Positions 1-13,167 of a stretch of DNA of 64,000 nucleotides are shown piece by piece (position 1 is the stretch's first letter; every line of letters starts with the position of its first letter). Made by a program: the position numbers and the translations under genes. Where the stretch lies: contig OX597834.1 in NCBI GenBank assembly GCA_951406725.2, forward strand, positions 12,586,001 through 12,650,000, read 5' to 3'. Origin of the DNA: Octopus vulgaris (lineage: Eukaryota). The notes beneath the pieces were generated by a model. That model made no database searches, had not been told where the DNA came from, and was given only the letters and a program-made list of their open reading frames with translations.

Positions 1-315
1 CGGGACTTATTCTTTGTAAGCCCAGTACTTATTCTATCGGTCTCTTTTGCCGAACCGCTAAGTTACGGGGACGTAAACACACCAGCATCGGTTGTCAAGC
101 AATGCTAGGAGGACAAACACACACACACACATATATATATATACATATATACGACAGGCTTCTTTCAGATTCCGTCTACCAAATCCACTCACAAGGCATT
201 GGTCGGCCCGGGGCTATAGCAGAAGACACTTGCCCAAGATGCCACGCAGTGGGACTGAACCTGGAACCATGTCGTTGGTTAGCAAACTACTTACCACACA
301 GCCACTCCTGCGCCT
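1..315 (-). mobile_element. tRNA-derived SINE family A (tail cut by window edge)
   Basis: Minus-strand head AGGCGCAGGAGTGGCTGTGTGGTAAG...GGTTCAGTCCC (A/B boxes), CTTGGGCAAGTGTCTT CORE-like block and internal (TA)n(TG)n; many similar copies in the window. Confidence 0.9.
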
Positions 316-514
316 ATATATATCTTTTTTAAATTTATTCTGTCCCTTTTTCGTTAGTTTAGAGTGTGATCCGTTTACTTCGCAACCCTTGTAAACTGAT
401 AGAAATTACTTGCGTGTAATGTCTATCATGAGAGAGATTTCTCAGTCTTGGAATAATAATGACTTATATTTAAATGAGGAGGGAAATGTTTCCTCCACGT
501 ATGCGTTGGATCTC

Positions 515-806
515 GTTGTTTGTTTGTTGTTTGTTCCTTCTCGAGCCATCGCTGGCTCATAAGGGTCGGTTTCCCGGTTTCCTTGGCGTATAGGTTCCCC
601 ACCTGGACGGGGGACGCCAGTCCGTGGCAGGTGATTTGCAAGATGCAGCAGGAAAGCGTGAGAGAAAGGTGTGACGAAAGAGTAAGTAGTTCGCCATTAC
701 CTTCTGCCAGAGCCGCTTGGAGCTTACGTGTATCGCTCATAAACACACACATCGCTAGTTCTGAGATTCGAACCCGCGATCCCGAGACCGCTGCTCTAAC
801 CACTTG
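515..806 (-). mobile_element. tRNA-derived SINE family C2 (V-domain-like body)
   Basis: Matches 12143-12453 and 25451-25690; B box GGTTCGAATCT; body contains CTGCCACGGACTGGCGTCCCCGTCCAGG. Confidence 0.8.
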
Positions 807-2384
807 TGGATAACACAAGCGATTTTCTTGAGTAAAAGAAATTTTTTCGCCTCGGGCTTTGTTAGAATTTTTTAAATATTCCAGTGGATGTTCCTGACAA
901 TTTTAGCGACTCGGTATTTTTGTTCTTTGGTGAAATCTAAGGTCCTCTTAGCTACCACTACCTTAAACATCTCTACTATTGTTAGGCTAAATTGCCGAAT
1001 GAAGAAGTATTTGTTATTCTTGGTGAATCTCAACATATTTCACCAATATATTCCAACTGCTCATATATTCCCATGAACGTGGTTGCTATCAAGAGTGCGA
1101 CACGTCGACGACATCTCTTACGACACTCTTCTTTTTGCCTTAACAAATATCTGTGGAACCAAATTAAAAGCCATTGAGTTATTTTGCCTTCTGAATTTAT
1201 CCCATTTATTTAACGATGTAACATATGCTGCTATATGCACCTCCTCTAGCAGTTTTTCTTCAAAGATCTCTCTTGGCTGCTTCCAATCACCCTTACATGG
1301 ATTGCATTAAAAACCTAAGCTGCTTAAGCTTCGTACGTTATTGAAATGATTTATATTTAGATATTAGCAACATGCTTCATTCGAATGTAGGGATCGAGCA
1401 TATTGGGGAAAATTTCAACACAGAAGGGAAAAAAACTGACGCAACATCCATTAAGAAAATAGCCACAAGCGTGTATCAATCGATTTTACTCGGTTATAAG
1501 AGCATAAACGAAACCAAACTTGAAGCGTATTCATCACGTATATTTTTCATGGAGGCCTTATTTATACATGACAAACCTGAGCTCGTGGACGCCTGGTGTC
1601 ACAATTAACATATTTCCATTTCCCTAAATCATCAATCTTTGCTCTTTGTGATAAAGATACTAACATCAATCAATGCGAACACACGAATATGTTTAGTAGA
1701 ATAATATTTAAGAATATCGAATTTAAATGGAAATATATTCGGTATAAATGGATAAAGAAAATCACAAGTGAATTGCTTAGATATTTGTTAATATACTTTT
1801 ATGAAATTAATGTATAGAAAGCTGTTCAATACAATCGGGTTTTAGCATTTAAAATCATATGTAATGAGATTATTTAAATGAAGGGGCAAAAAAAAAAAAA
1901 AAAGAAAAGGAAATTTGATTGCGATTCACAAACATATGGAAAGAGATAACATATAACTGCGCTTACAATACAAATGTAATTGCTGATTTTTCATGAAATG
2001 AAATTCAATCATAGGAGTTTGTAGTTATGTATGCGTGCTTCGCAAAAACTTGGTACCATACAAAACTAACAATGAAATTCATACCCTGATTCACGCAGCG
2101 ATTGTCAATAGAATAAAATGTGAAATATTATTTATCCAATTCTATAGTTAACTACATATATTTGTATATATATAAACTACTTAATTATTAATATTTTACT
2201 ATTTGAAAGCCAAAATGATGTACTTTAGTGATTTTCCTTGAATATATACTATTTTATGTAACATATTTAATATACACTACGGCACACATATACACACAGG
2301 TCATATATACGCATTATTATATATATGACGGCGTGTATATGCGAGCATTTGTATTTGTGATTGTTGAGTACTTTTCAGAATTCT

Positions 2385-2588
2385 CTTTACTCTTTTACTT
2401 GTTTCAGTCATTTGACTGTGGCCATGCTGGAGCACCGCCTTTAGTCGAGCAAATCGACCCCAGGACTTATTCTTTGGAAGCCTAGTACTTATTCTATCGG
2501 TGTCTTTTGCTGAACCGCTAAGTTACAGGTACGTAAATACACAAGCAATGCTTATCAAGCGATGTTGTGGGGGCAAACACAAACATAA

Positions 2589-2619
<31 letters not shown>

Positions 2620-3055
2620 TACACATATATACGAAGGGCTTCTTTCAGTTTCAGTCTACCAAATCCAATCACAAGGCTTTGGTCGGCCCGAGGCCATAGC
2701 AGAAGATACTTGCCCAAGGTTCCACGCAGCGGGACTGTATCCGGAACCATGTGGTTGGTAAACAAGTCGGCTGCGGGGTCATTCCGAAAAGCTCTACCTG
2801 CGACGATTTCATCTCAATCGAAGGAGAGGAGCCTTCTCCGTCCGGGTTGCGGATCCGTGGAACAAGCTGCCAGACGAGATGGTGAAGATTCCGACGACCG
2901 CTTTGTTCAAAGCCTCCCTTGACCTCAAGTGGCCTGAACTCTTTACATGAACACCATCCTGTACTTAACTCCATGTCCCCCTACATGGCCTTGCGATTTG
3001 CTTTTGAGCCAAATTAACTAACTAACTAACTTACCACACAGACACTCCTGCGCCT
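2385..3055 (-). mobile_element. SINE A interrupted by a CR1 fragment
   Basis: Family A sequence split inside the tRNA head (ggtaaacaag | cttaccacac) by 2766-3030. Confidence 0.9.
2766..3030 (+). mobile_element. 5'-truncated CR1-clade LINE 3' end
   Basis: Translates as RGHSEKLYLRRFHLNRRRGAFSVRVADPWNKLPDEMVKIPTTALFKASLDLKWPELFT*, the CR1 ORF2 C-terminal pattern (RGH..FS.RV..WN.LP..FK..LD); short 3' UTR and (TAAC)n tail; second copy at 53549-53726. Confidence 0.85.
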
Positions 3056-3314
3056 AGTGTGTGTTAAATATAAAAAAGAAAAGAAAACTTACAAATATAA
3101 TTTAATAGTCTTCGTTCTGTTGCCGCGTTGGCCTTCATGTTTGAAGATATGAGAAGCATCTCAGCGGAAATTTCGACCTTATCCTCGAGCATCTTATATA
3201 CTTCCCATTATTTCTAGTATTAATTCGTTTAATAGAATTCTAGAGAATTCGTTTTAATAACATTAACTATAAAGACTCCTTCTACGTGATCTTAGTTTGA
3301 TTCTTCATTATGCT

Positions 3315-3690
3315 TTTACTCTTACTCTTTTACTCTTTTACTTGTTTCAGTCATTTGACTGTGGCCATGCTGGAGCACCGCATTTTTTAATCGAGCAACT
3401 CGACCCCGGGATTTATTCTTTTGTAAGCCCAGTACTTATTCTATCGGTCTGTTTTTCCGAACCGCTAAGTGACGGGGACGTAAACACACCAGCATCGCTT
3501 GTCAAGCAATGCTAGGGGGACAAACACACACACGCTAACACACACACACGCATATATATATATATATATACATATATACGACGGGCTTCTTTCAGTTTCC
3601 GTCTACCAAATCCACTCACAAGGCTTTGGTCGGCCCGAGGCTATAGTAGATGACACTTGTCCAAGGTGCCACGCAGTGGGACTGAACCCG
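3315..3690 (-). mobile_element. SINE A, head truncated
   Basis: Family A tail, microsatellite and body; stops at GACTGAACCCG. Confidence 0.9.
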
Positions 3691-3889
3691 GTTAATATCT
3701 TATCACATTTCATTGACGAATGAAATAAAAATATGAGCTGTCCTCGTGATTTATTCTTCCGAGTTATGTATGATCAATATACTACTAGCTGTCCACGTGC
3801 CGTCAATAATGACGTCTACTTGTAGTATTTTATATAATTCAGTTATATATTTGTGAGTTTTCTTTTCTTTTTGATAGTTAACACACACT

Positions 3890-4006
3890 GGGCGCAGGAG
3901 TGGCTGTGTGGTAAGTAGCTTGCTTACCAACCACATGGTTCCCGATTCATTCCCATTGCGTGGCACCTTGGGCAAGTATCTTCTGCTATAGCCTTAGGCC
4001 GACCAA
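3890..4006 (+). mobile_element. SINE A head fragment (inverted duplicate of the 2385-3055 copy)
   Basis: GGCGCAGGAGTGGCTGTGTGG head; adjacent unique flank is the reverse complement of 3056-3100. Confidence 0.85.
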
Positions 4007-4284
4007 AATATATAAGGTACATTACAAGGTACATAATAATCACACATGCAAACTTTGACATACTAACCCTGTACGCGAACACGCATACACACATATACTC
4101 GCACAGAGTTAAAACGCTGATTGTTTTCACCCATTCCTTTCTTATTCATCTTTCACACCTTCCTTTCTCTCATTGCTATTACTTTCTCTCACTCTCTTTC
4201 AGTCAAATCTATAACACTCACTACTTCTCCTTCACTGAGTTACTATATTCTCTCCTCCACCGCGTCCGGCGTGATTCAGTACAA

Positions 4285-4362
4285 ATATATATATACATAT
4301 ACATATACATATAAATACATACATATATATACATATATACATATACATATATATACATATAC

Positions 4363-4403
<41 letters not shown>

Positions 4404-4604
4404 TATACATATATATACATATCCATATATATACATATACATATATATACAATAATATACATATATATACCATACATATATATACATATACATATATATA
4501 CATATACATATATATACATATACATATATATACATATACATATATATACATATACATATATATACACATTATATATACATATATATATATACATATATAT
4601 ATAA

Positions 4605-4665
<61 letters not shown>

Positions 4666-4669
4666 TATA

Positions 4670-4735
<66 letters not shown>

Positions 4736-4766
4736 AATACATACATATATATACATATATACATAC

Positions 4767-4825
<59 letters not shown>
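4285..4825. repeat. (TA)n/(TACATA)n compound microsatellite
   Basis: Directly visible low-complexity array. Confidence 0.97.
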
Positions 4826-4827
<2 letters not shown>

Positions 4828-5314
4828 CCTAAAATATTTTCAAAACCAGTATGGTGCTTTTTCATTGGTGCTTATGCCACACATTTATATGAAACTGCGA
4901 CCTCAGATATCCAAACCTACATTCTTGGACTAAAATTAAAGTCAAATTGAATGAGAAGAAACTTAATAAAATATGACTTGAGATAAGTTTTCATGCATAT
5001 GCACGTCGTGGAGGAAGCATTTTGGGAATTACCGCCCTTAGTTTGATAAATGGACGACAAGTCATTCCAGCAGAATGAACAAATAGAATAGTCATTAAGG
5101 AAAACGACGGAAAATATTTATTTTTCAATTTATGCATTAGATCAGTGAGTGGCGTATACACCAAAATACTCACTACACACGTATTAACACAAGCAATCTC
5201 TTGTGTATGTGCGTTAGATGGAAATATCTAAAGGAACACTTATTCCACTTACAATGTCATTCACATACAAATATTCACACAAAATAAATACATACGTAAG
5301 AGTGAGTGTTTGTG

Positions 5315-5366
<52 letters not shown>

Positions 5367-5420
5367 ATATATATATATATAAATATGTATGTATATATAT
5401 ATATACAAAGAGAGACAGAT

Positions 5421-5451
<31 letters not shown>

Positions 5452-5590
5452 AATATGTATATATATATATACATAAAAGAGACAAATATATACATATGTA
5501 TATATATATACAAAGAGAGAGAGATAGATATAAATATGTATATATATATATGTATGCATGTATGTATGTATACAAATTTGAATATATATA
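5315..5590. repeat. (TA)n-rich compound microsatellite
   Basis: Directly visible. Confidence 0.9.
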
Positions 5591-5836
5591 TTTATAAATT
5601 TGTATGTATTAATTCTGATGATGAATATCTGTAATATATTTCTAATAAAACCTTGATCAGAGAATAATAACAATATAGCAATGATCTGAACAGCACGTAT
5701 GCTATATACACAATCGGAGAAAGACGGCAGTTCGCCATATCTATTACGGGCAATATATTTAATTCACTTGACTAAAACAACTATATCAAGAAAGATAATG
5801 GAAATTCCCATGACTCTACATTTTATCAGTCGCTAC

Positions 5837-5884
<48 letters not shown>

Positions 5885-6540
5885 CTATTCCTGAGCATTA
5901 TACTAATACATATGTATGTATATTTTACAAATAGAAATATATATATATATTTCTATTCCTCAGCGTTATACTAATACATATGTATGTATATAAATGTATA
6001 TATATACTCATATGATATTGTTCAATATTTCTGTTTTCCCATTTATAATTCAAAGATCAACTGTTCTTCCATAGTTTCCTTTCTTTTGTTTGATGCTCTC
6101 ATATTTTATTTATTTATCGCCTGTCGTCTGCTTCAAAATATATTTCATTCACCATGAATCAAAATGGACACTGGGTGTTTTCTTAATGATAAAGCAAATA
6201 ATACTTATTGAAAGGCATCTCAACCTTTTTGCTGCATATAATGCTGCTCTTGTTGTCGTATATTTTATTCGTATTCATATCCTTCATGTTCTTTCAGTTG
6301 GTGTTGCTATCGGCTGGTATATCTTTTTTCATATGTCATTATTCATGAATTTGTTAGCACTGCTGTTGAATATTATTATTGCTAGATTTTTGTTTTGCTT
6401 TTCTATTCATTATTTTCATTTTTTTTTACCTTTCTTGCTCATAATGTTGTAGCAGATCTTTATATATCTCTTAAATGTTACTGTTATTATTACCAATATG
6501 AACGACGACTTCATTGCCATTGTTGAATCGACCGTTGACA

Positions 6541-6690
6541 TTATTATTATTATTATTACTATTATTATTATTACTATCATTATTATTACTATCATTACTA
6601 TTATTATTATTACTATTATTATTACTATTATTATTACTATTATTATTATTACTATTATTATTATTATTATTATCATTATTATTATTATCA
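6541..6690. repeat. (ATT)n/(ACT)n trinucleotide array
   Basis: Directly visible. Confidence 0.95.
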
Positions 6691-6692
6691 TT

Positions 6693-6865
6693 CTGAGCTG
6701 GCATAATCGTTGGCACGCCTGACGAAATGTTTAGCTGTATTTCGTCTGTCGCTACGTTCTGAGTTCACATTCCTTTGATTTTGGCTTTCATCATTTCACG
6801 GTCGATAAATTAAGTACCAATGCCCCGTCCACCAAAATGTCAGTCCTTCTTCCTATACTAGAAAG
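6693..6865 (+). mobile_element. SINE B, degenerate
   Basis: GAGCTGGCATAATCGTTGGCACGCC...TTCTGAGTTCA...GGTCGATAAATTAAGTACC, matching 22672-23070. Confidence 0.75.
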
Positions 6866-6867
6866 GC

Positions 6868-7141
6868 TTATTATTATTATCATTATTTTTCCCTTCTTTC
6901 TTCAAATTTTCTTCCGTTTCTCCCCGAGTGTTTTCCGTACTCCTAGGGCAGAGAAGCTCATCGTATACATTCCCAGATTATACACGTATATTCACAGGTA
7001 GGATATGAATTTAAAAAATTAGTAAATAAATAAATTTATGAATGGATGTTGTTTTCACAGCGATAATGCTCTTCTCAGTACATGAGGCGTTCCAGTTAAC
7101 ACGATTTTTTGCACTTCCAGTACGGATGGTAAGCCTGGTAT
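6868..7141 (-). mobile_element. 5'-truncated R4/Dong-clade LINE 3' end in a (TAA)n tract
   Basis: Minus strand 7141-7055 reads IPGLPSVLEVQKIVLTGTPHVLRRALSL*, the QK..L.GT.H.LR terminal motif of R4/Dong ORFs; (TAA)n on both sides. Confidence 0.75.
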
Positions 7142-8079
7142 TATTATTATTATTGTTATTCAGGAAATTTCGTCTGTGAAACAATTTCCCAGAGTACTTT
7201 TAAGAAGAAACTAATTTATTCCTCTGAAGTGTAAAGAAATCAATTTTCTGGATATCTAATGTTTTTTTTTTTCTTTTCTTTTAGTTTATATATATTCCCC
7301 TAATCATTCCTTGTGAGGTTTTGGTCACGCTAAAAGACGGCCCTCTGTGATCTTCGAGGTACAGATGGTCGCCACAATGGAGAGTAAATTTACTTTCAAT
7401 GACGTAAAGAAAAAAATCTCTCACAATAACTTTCAAATAAAAATCATGCAATATTCAAAATTGACAGACATAATGAAAAATATTAAAAATATTTGAGTTG
7501 TAAAATGAGAAATACCCGTTATAGGAGAGAGTGAAAATATTAAATTCAACGGGGAAAACAATTTTAAAATTGCACCAATTACACGATTTATATTATGTAA
7601 ACGTTTTGTTTTAAAAAAACATATTTTGTGTCGTTGACTAGCCATTGCAGTGTAAACAAATGCAGAGGGTTATGTTGAGAAAGATATATAATCTTTGCCC
7701 GTCGAATTCCAATAAGAAGGATGCAGTGTTTTACTAATATAGAATGGTTTTTTGATTACCACTCTCGGCATGGTTAAACTGCCAAAGAAATACAGGGCGT
7801 GATTCTTCCTCAAAGTCTCTCTCACATTCTCTTTATTTTGGCCCAAATACTTCGATTGTGCCAAACGTGAACTTCAAGCTTTATACATTTACTGTCTGAA
7901 AACGATAAAACATTCTCCATGTCACTATCTGTGTATCTATTTTTCTAATACATGCATATAACAGTATTGGCTTAGCTTCACAAAATTGTGGTTGATCGGA
8001 AACCCCCCTATGTAACGGTTTCAAAGTTTGACACACAGACCGCAATGTCGGCGGATTGATGGGATGTTTAAGTCGCTTA

Positions 8080-8237
8080 CATCAACCCCACTGCTCAACA
8101 GGTATTTATTTTATCGACCCGACAAGCATAAGAGGCAAAATCGTTCCCAGCAGTATATGAACCCTTAAAGGAGAGACAGACGAAATGCCGCTAAATAGTT
8201 TTCCCGGTACAGTAACGATTCTGCCAACCCGCTGCCT
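8080..8237 (-). mobile_element. SINE B, degenerate
   Basis: ...GACGAAATGCCGCTAA...AACGATTCTGCCAACCCGCTGCCT is the reverse complement of the family B head. Confidence 0.65.
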
Positions 8238-8570
8238 AAGCCCTCTAAATAATACAAGGATAATCGCTTTTTTTTTTCGTTCAGGATGATGCATTTGAGG
8301 AATTGTAGATATTTTGGGTCGCGTGCCTTACTATATTTGTTTGCAAATCCTACCTTAGGCTTTCTGTGTGATATACTGAAACTATCACACGCGTTAACTT
8401 GAAAACCTGGTGCCTGATTGATTTCGCGGAGTCAACTTCTTTGCAATTATTCAGATCAAGTTTGATAAATATGTCCTTCCTAACCACACGAAAATCTGAT
8501 GTCCTATAACGCTAACGGGCATTTCTCATGACTAAGAATATAAAGATATCAGAAAATATCATGACAAATA

Positions 8571-8733
8571 GGCGCAGGAGTGTCTGTGTGGTAAGTAGCT
8601 TGCTAACCAACCACATGGTTCCGGGTTCAGTCCCACTGCGTGGCACATTGCGCAAGTGTATTCTACTGTAGCCACGGGCCGACCAAAAACTTGTGAGTGG
8701 ATTTGGTAGACGGAAACTGAAAGAAGCCCGTCG

Positions 8734-8772
<39 letters not shown>

Positions 8773-9010
8773 GTGTGTGTGTCTATATGTTTGTGTGTCT
8801 GTGTGTGTCCCCCTAGCTTTGCTTGACAACCGATGCTGGTGTGTTTACGTCCCCGTCACTTAGCGGTTCGGCAAAAAGAGACCGATAGAATAAGTACTGG
8901 GCTTACAAAAGAATAAGTCCCGGGGTCGAGTTGCTCGATTAAAGGCGCTGCTCCAGCATGGCCGCAGTCAAATGACTGAAACAAGTAATAGAGTAAAAGA
9001 AAGTAAAGAG
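8571..9010 (+). mobile_element. SINE A, full length
   Basis: Head through the CAGTCAAATGACTGAAACAAGTAA tail. Confidence 0.92.
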
Positions 9011-9651
9011 TAAATATAAAACATATTGATAACGTCACCACTGGATATTCGTTTGCACGTTTGTCACAAGACAAATAAAGTCTCCTGCGACATTTTAAAA
9101 TAGATTTTTAAATGCCATATCTAAATGTCATTGGCTAATGTCAACGTCAGTCTCTTTCGTAATTACTTGACTAACACATTTAGATTGTGCCAATAATGAA
9201 TTTCCAGCTTTATACATGTACTGTCTGAAAAACATAAAACTTTATCTGTACAGAATAAATACAAGCGGGTCGTCATATCTCTAACTATATATCTAAATAA
9301 ATGAATAATTCTATTCTCGTCTTGAAATTTACTACACTCATTGGATTGCAGCTACGCTAGTGCACCATCGTGAACGCTTTAGTCGGAGTAATTGGCGTCA
9401 CTGTTATTTAAAGTCTGGTACGTGTACAGCGAGCGTCTTTTGTTCAAACGCTAGTTTACTTCGTTAAAAGCAAACCAGCACTTGTTGTCAAGGAGGGCGG
9501 CGCATAATATATATATATATATACATGTGTCTGGATGCATGTGTATGTACACTCATACACACACGCACACATACAAACACACACAGACACACAAAACACA
9601 CAAACACTCACACACACATTAATATATATATACATATATCATTTTTTCAAT

Positions 9652-9704
<53 letters not shown>

Positions 9705-9779
9705 AAATTATATATATATATATATATATATATTGACATTTTAAAATTATTAAATATCTATCTATCTATCTATCTATCA

Positions 9780-9848
<69 letters not shown>

Positions 9849-10690
9849 TGTATATATATATATTTACTTTTTTCAATTATTTGCTTGCAGACATGCCGGG
9901 GCATAGTCTTCAAGTGTTTTAGTTGAACAAATCAACTTCAGAGCTAATTTTTTACGCGTAGCACTTATTCTGTCATTCTCATTTCATTGCAAAATGTGAC
10001 CCTGATTTATTCTCGTCTGTAATGCATGATAACAGTAAATGAAATGTGACTCGAATAACCCGTATTAATTCTAGAATATGTTGCATGCAACATAAAACGT
10101 CTCGAATGAAAAAAAAAAAAAATGAACCGTGGTTAGCGAAATAATTGAAACAGGCAATGATGACATTCCAGTACATTATTAATTTCGAGATAACGTAATT
10201 AAATTGTGTGTGTAACTAAAAATCTCCCTTAATTGACATTTCTCTTTAAGTGGCTAAAATAAAATTAAAACCTTGCAGCATGTATTAGCAACGCTGACAG
10301 AAAATGTGATGCGATTTCACTTTGATATTCCGATGTCAATTGAAAGCCTGAAAGTTGATTTTTATCCGCAACACTTAGAGATAGCAAAAGCAATGAAATC
10401 AGTGTGATTTGATAACGTGGAATTGTTTATTTTTTCTAGTTCATATTATACATTGTGAATAATTTGCACTTCATTATCCTTATGAATTTATATTTTTTGG
10501 TTATCTAGACTTCTAATATTGCAGGATCTGTATAATATTGATTTACATATTGGACTATCGAAAGCAATAATACACTGCATCTGTTGGTCGAATGGTAGCT
10601 AAAACTCAAATCGCAAGCAAGAGATCGCAATTTCGGTAATCTAAAGTGCGACTTAAAGTAATTGATGTATTCGACTTATTTATTCACATA

Positions 10691-10852
10691 GGTGCAGGAG
10701 TGGCTGTGTGGTAAGTAGCTTGCTTACCAATCACATGGTTCCGGATTCAGTCCCACTGCGTGGCACCTTGGGCAAGTGTCTTCTACTATAGCCTCGGGTT
10801 GACCAAAGCCTTGTGAGTGGGTTTGGTAGACGGAAACTGAAAGAAGCTTGCC

Positions 10853-10902
<50 letters not shown>

Positions 10903-11163
10903 GTGTGTGTGTATGTGTGTGTGTATGTGTGCTTGTGTGTGTGCGTGCGTGTGTGTGTGCATAAGTTTGTGTGTCTGTGTTTGTCCCACCAACATTGCTT
11001 GACAACCGATGCTGGTGTGTTTACGTCCTCGTAACTTAGCGGTTCGGCAAGAGACCGATAGAATAAGTACTAGGCTTCCGAAGAATAAGTCCTGGGGTCG
11101 ATTTGCTTGACTAAAGGCGGTGCTCCATCATGGCGATAGTCAAATGACTGAAACAAGTAAAAG
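10691..11163 (+). mobile_element. SINE A, full length
   Basis: Head through tail as in other copies. Confidence 0.92.
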
Positions 11164-11164
11164 A

Positions 11165-11205
<41 letters not shown>

Positions 11206-11726
11206 TAAAAAGAGAAAAAAGATAACAAATATTGTGTGGCCCTGTAAAAATGTCTCAGATTCCTATGATACGTAGATTTCTGGATGATAATGGAGTGTAT
11301 TTAGGTGATTAATCTCATCTATGACAAACATGTTTTCATTTTCACCCCAAAGATGCGCTATTGAGGTTTAAATACTCTTACATGTTTCGGCCATGTCAAT
11401 TTAGTCACATGTCGTAAGATTTATTTCCTCCTACTATCAAATTAAGTAGTAATGAAAATACCACACTTTATCATTTCAGCTAAATTTGGGATCTGTGGAC
11501 AAATGTCAACACAATCACCGTTTTATTTCATCATTTAAGGATCACTGCAGTTAGAGGATCAAACACCATTAAAGGCTTCAATTGCCATAACCACCATAAA
11601 ATGCGAAATATTTCCATGCTGACAGTTTTCGCTAAATACATATAGATATAAAACGCGAAATCGAAGAATCGCTGGAGTCATTACAGCATCGAACATACTT
11701 CTTTTTTATTTACTATGACACACCAT

Positions 11727-12090
11727 GGAGGCGCAATGGCTCATTGGTTAGGGCAGCGGATTCGTATTCATAGGATAGCAGCTTCGATTCCCAGACCGGG
11801 CGTTGTGAGTGTTTATTGAGCGAAAACAGCTCCGGTAGCGGGTGTTGGTGAACCCTGCTATACTCTTTCACCACGGCTTTCTCTCACTTTTTCTTCCTGT
11901 TTCTGCTGTACCTGTATTTCAAAGTGCCAGCCCTGTCACACTCTGTGTCACGCAGAATCTCCCTCGAGAACTATGCTAAGGGTACACGTGTCTGTGGAAT
12001 GCTCAGCCACTTGCACGTTAATTTCACAAGCAAGTCGTTTCGTTGATCGGATCAACTGGAACCCTCGTCGTCGTAACCGACGGAGTGCCA
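11727..12090 (+). mobile_element. tRNA(Arg)-like SINE family C
   Basis: GGAGGCGCAATGGCTCATTGGTTAGGGCAGCGG head, TTCGATTCCC B box; matches 58345-58726 and 63424-63804. Confidence 0.85.
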
Positions 12091-12142
12091 CGTACATATG
12101 ACTCACCTCTCTCAGTTTTCAAATACGGCTTAACTGAAATTC

Positions 12143-12453
12143 GTGTTTCATGTTTGTTCCTTCTCGAGCCATGCCTGGTTTATAAGGGCCGGTTTCCCAG
12201 TTTCCTTGGCATATAGGTTCCCCACCTGGATGGGACACCGGTCCGTCGCAGGTGAGCTGCAAGATACAGGAGGAAAGAGTGAGAGAATGCTGTGGTTAAA
12301 GAGTCAGCAGAAGTTCACCGTTACCTTCTGCCGGAGCCGCGTGGAGCTTAGGTGTTTCGGCTCATGAACACATACATCGCCCGGTCTGAGATTCGAACCC
12401 GCGATCCCTCGACCGCGAGTCCGCTGCTCTGACCACTAGGCCATGTGCCTCCA
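12143..12453 (-). mobile_element. SINE C2, full length
   Basis: Minus-strand GGAGGCACATGGCCTAGTGGTCAGAGCAGCGGACTCGCGG...GGTTCGAATCT head shared with family C; different 3' half. Confidence 0.85.
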
Positions 12454-12762
12454 CTTCAGTTTCTTGCTTTCAGTTAATATCAGTTGGGTACCAACACGAT
12501 TGTTCATTCTGTCTCTCGCTTCTTCTACATCTCTGTCTCGCTCTTTTTCCACTCTCATTCTCCCGCTCTCACTATGGAAGAATTAAGTACAAACCACAAA
12601 ACGGTGACTTGTAAAATGTATTAGAAAAACATAACGAATAGGTAATGCAATGTATTCATGTTTGCGGCGGTTCTTAGAAGTATTAAAGTGATAGTTTTAG
12701 ATATTGCATTATTCCATGTTGAATCATTGGAAAACTATGCAGCCCTCACCAGCATGATATAT

Positions 12763-13167
12763 ACTCTATTACTCTTTTACTTGTTTCAGTCCTTTGACTG
12801 CGGCCATGCTGGAGCACCGCCTTTAGTCGAGCAACTCGACCCCGGGACTTATTCTTTTGTAAGCCCAGTACTTATTCTATCGGTCTCTTTTACCGAACCG
12901 CTAAGTAACGGGGACATAAACACACCAGCATCGGTTGTCAAGCAATGCTAGTGGGACAAACACAGACACACAAACACACACGCATATATATATATTCATA
13001 TATACGACAGGCTTCTTTCGGTTTCCGTCTACCAAATCCACTCACAAGGTTTTGGTTGGCCCGAGGCTATAGTAGAAGACACTTCTCCAAGGTGCCACGA
13101 AGTGGGACTGAACCCGGAACAATGTGGTTGGTAAACAAGCTACTTACAACACAGCCACTCCTGCGCC
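12763..13167 (-). mobile_element. SINE A, full length
   Basis: Family A consensus on the minus strand. Confidence 0.92.

Noticed and set aside
92-394. Recurrent ORFs such as ...RLPNPLTRHWSARGYSRRHLPK... and FQSFDCGHAGAPP
   Set aside because: Read-through of SINE A; the recurrence reflects repeat copy number, not a gene family.
820-1310. Possible decayed R4/Dong ORF on the minus strand (KEQKYRVAKIVRNIHWNI)
   Set aside because: Only one weak motif resemblance; cannot be supported without a search.
11370-11425. Minus-strand GGCC-GAAA-CATGTA-AGAG, a possible hammerhead half
   Set aside because: No CUGANGA box or convincing stem II partner, and no second copy.
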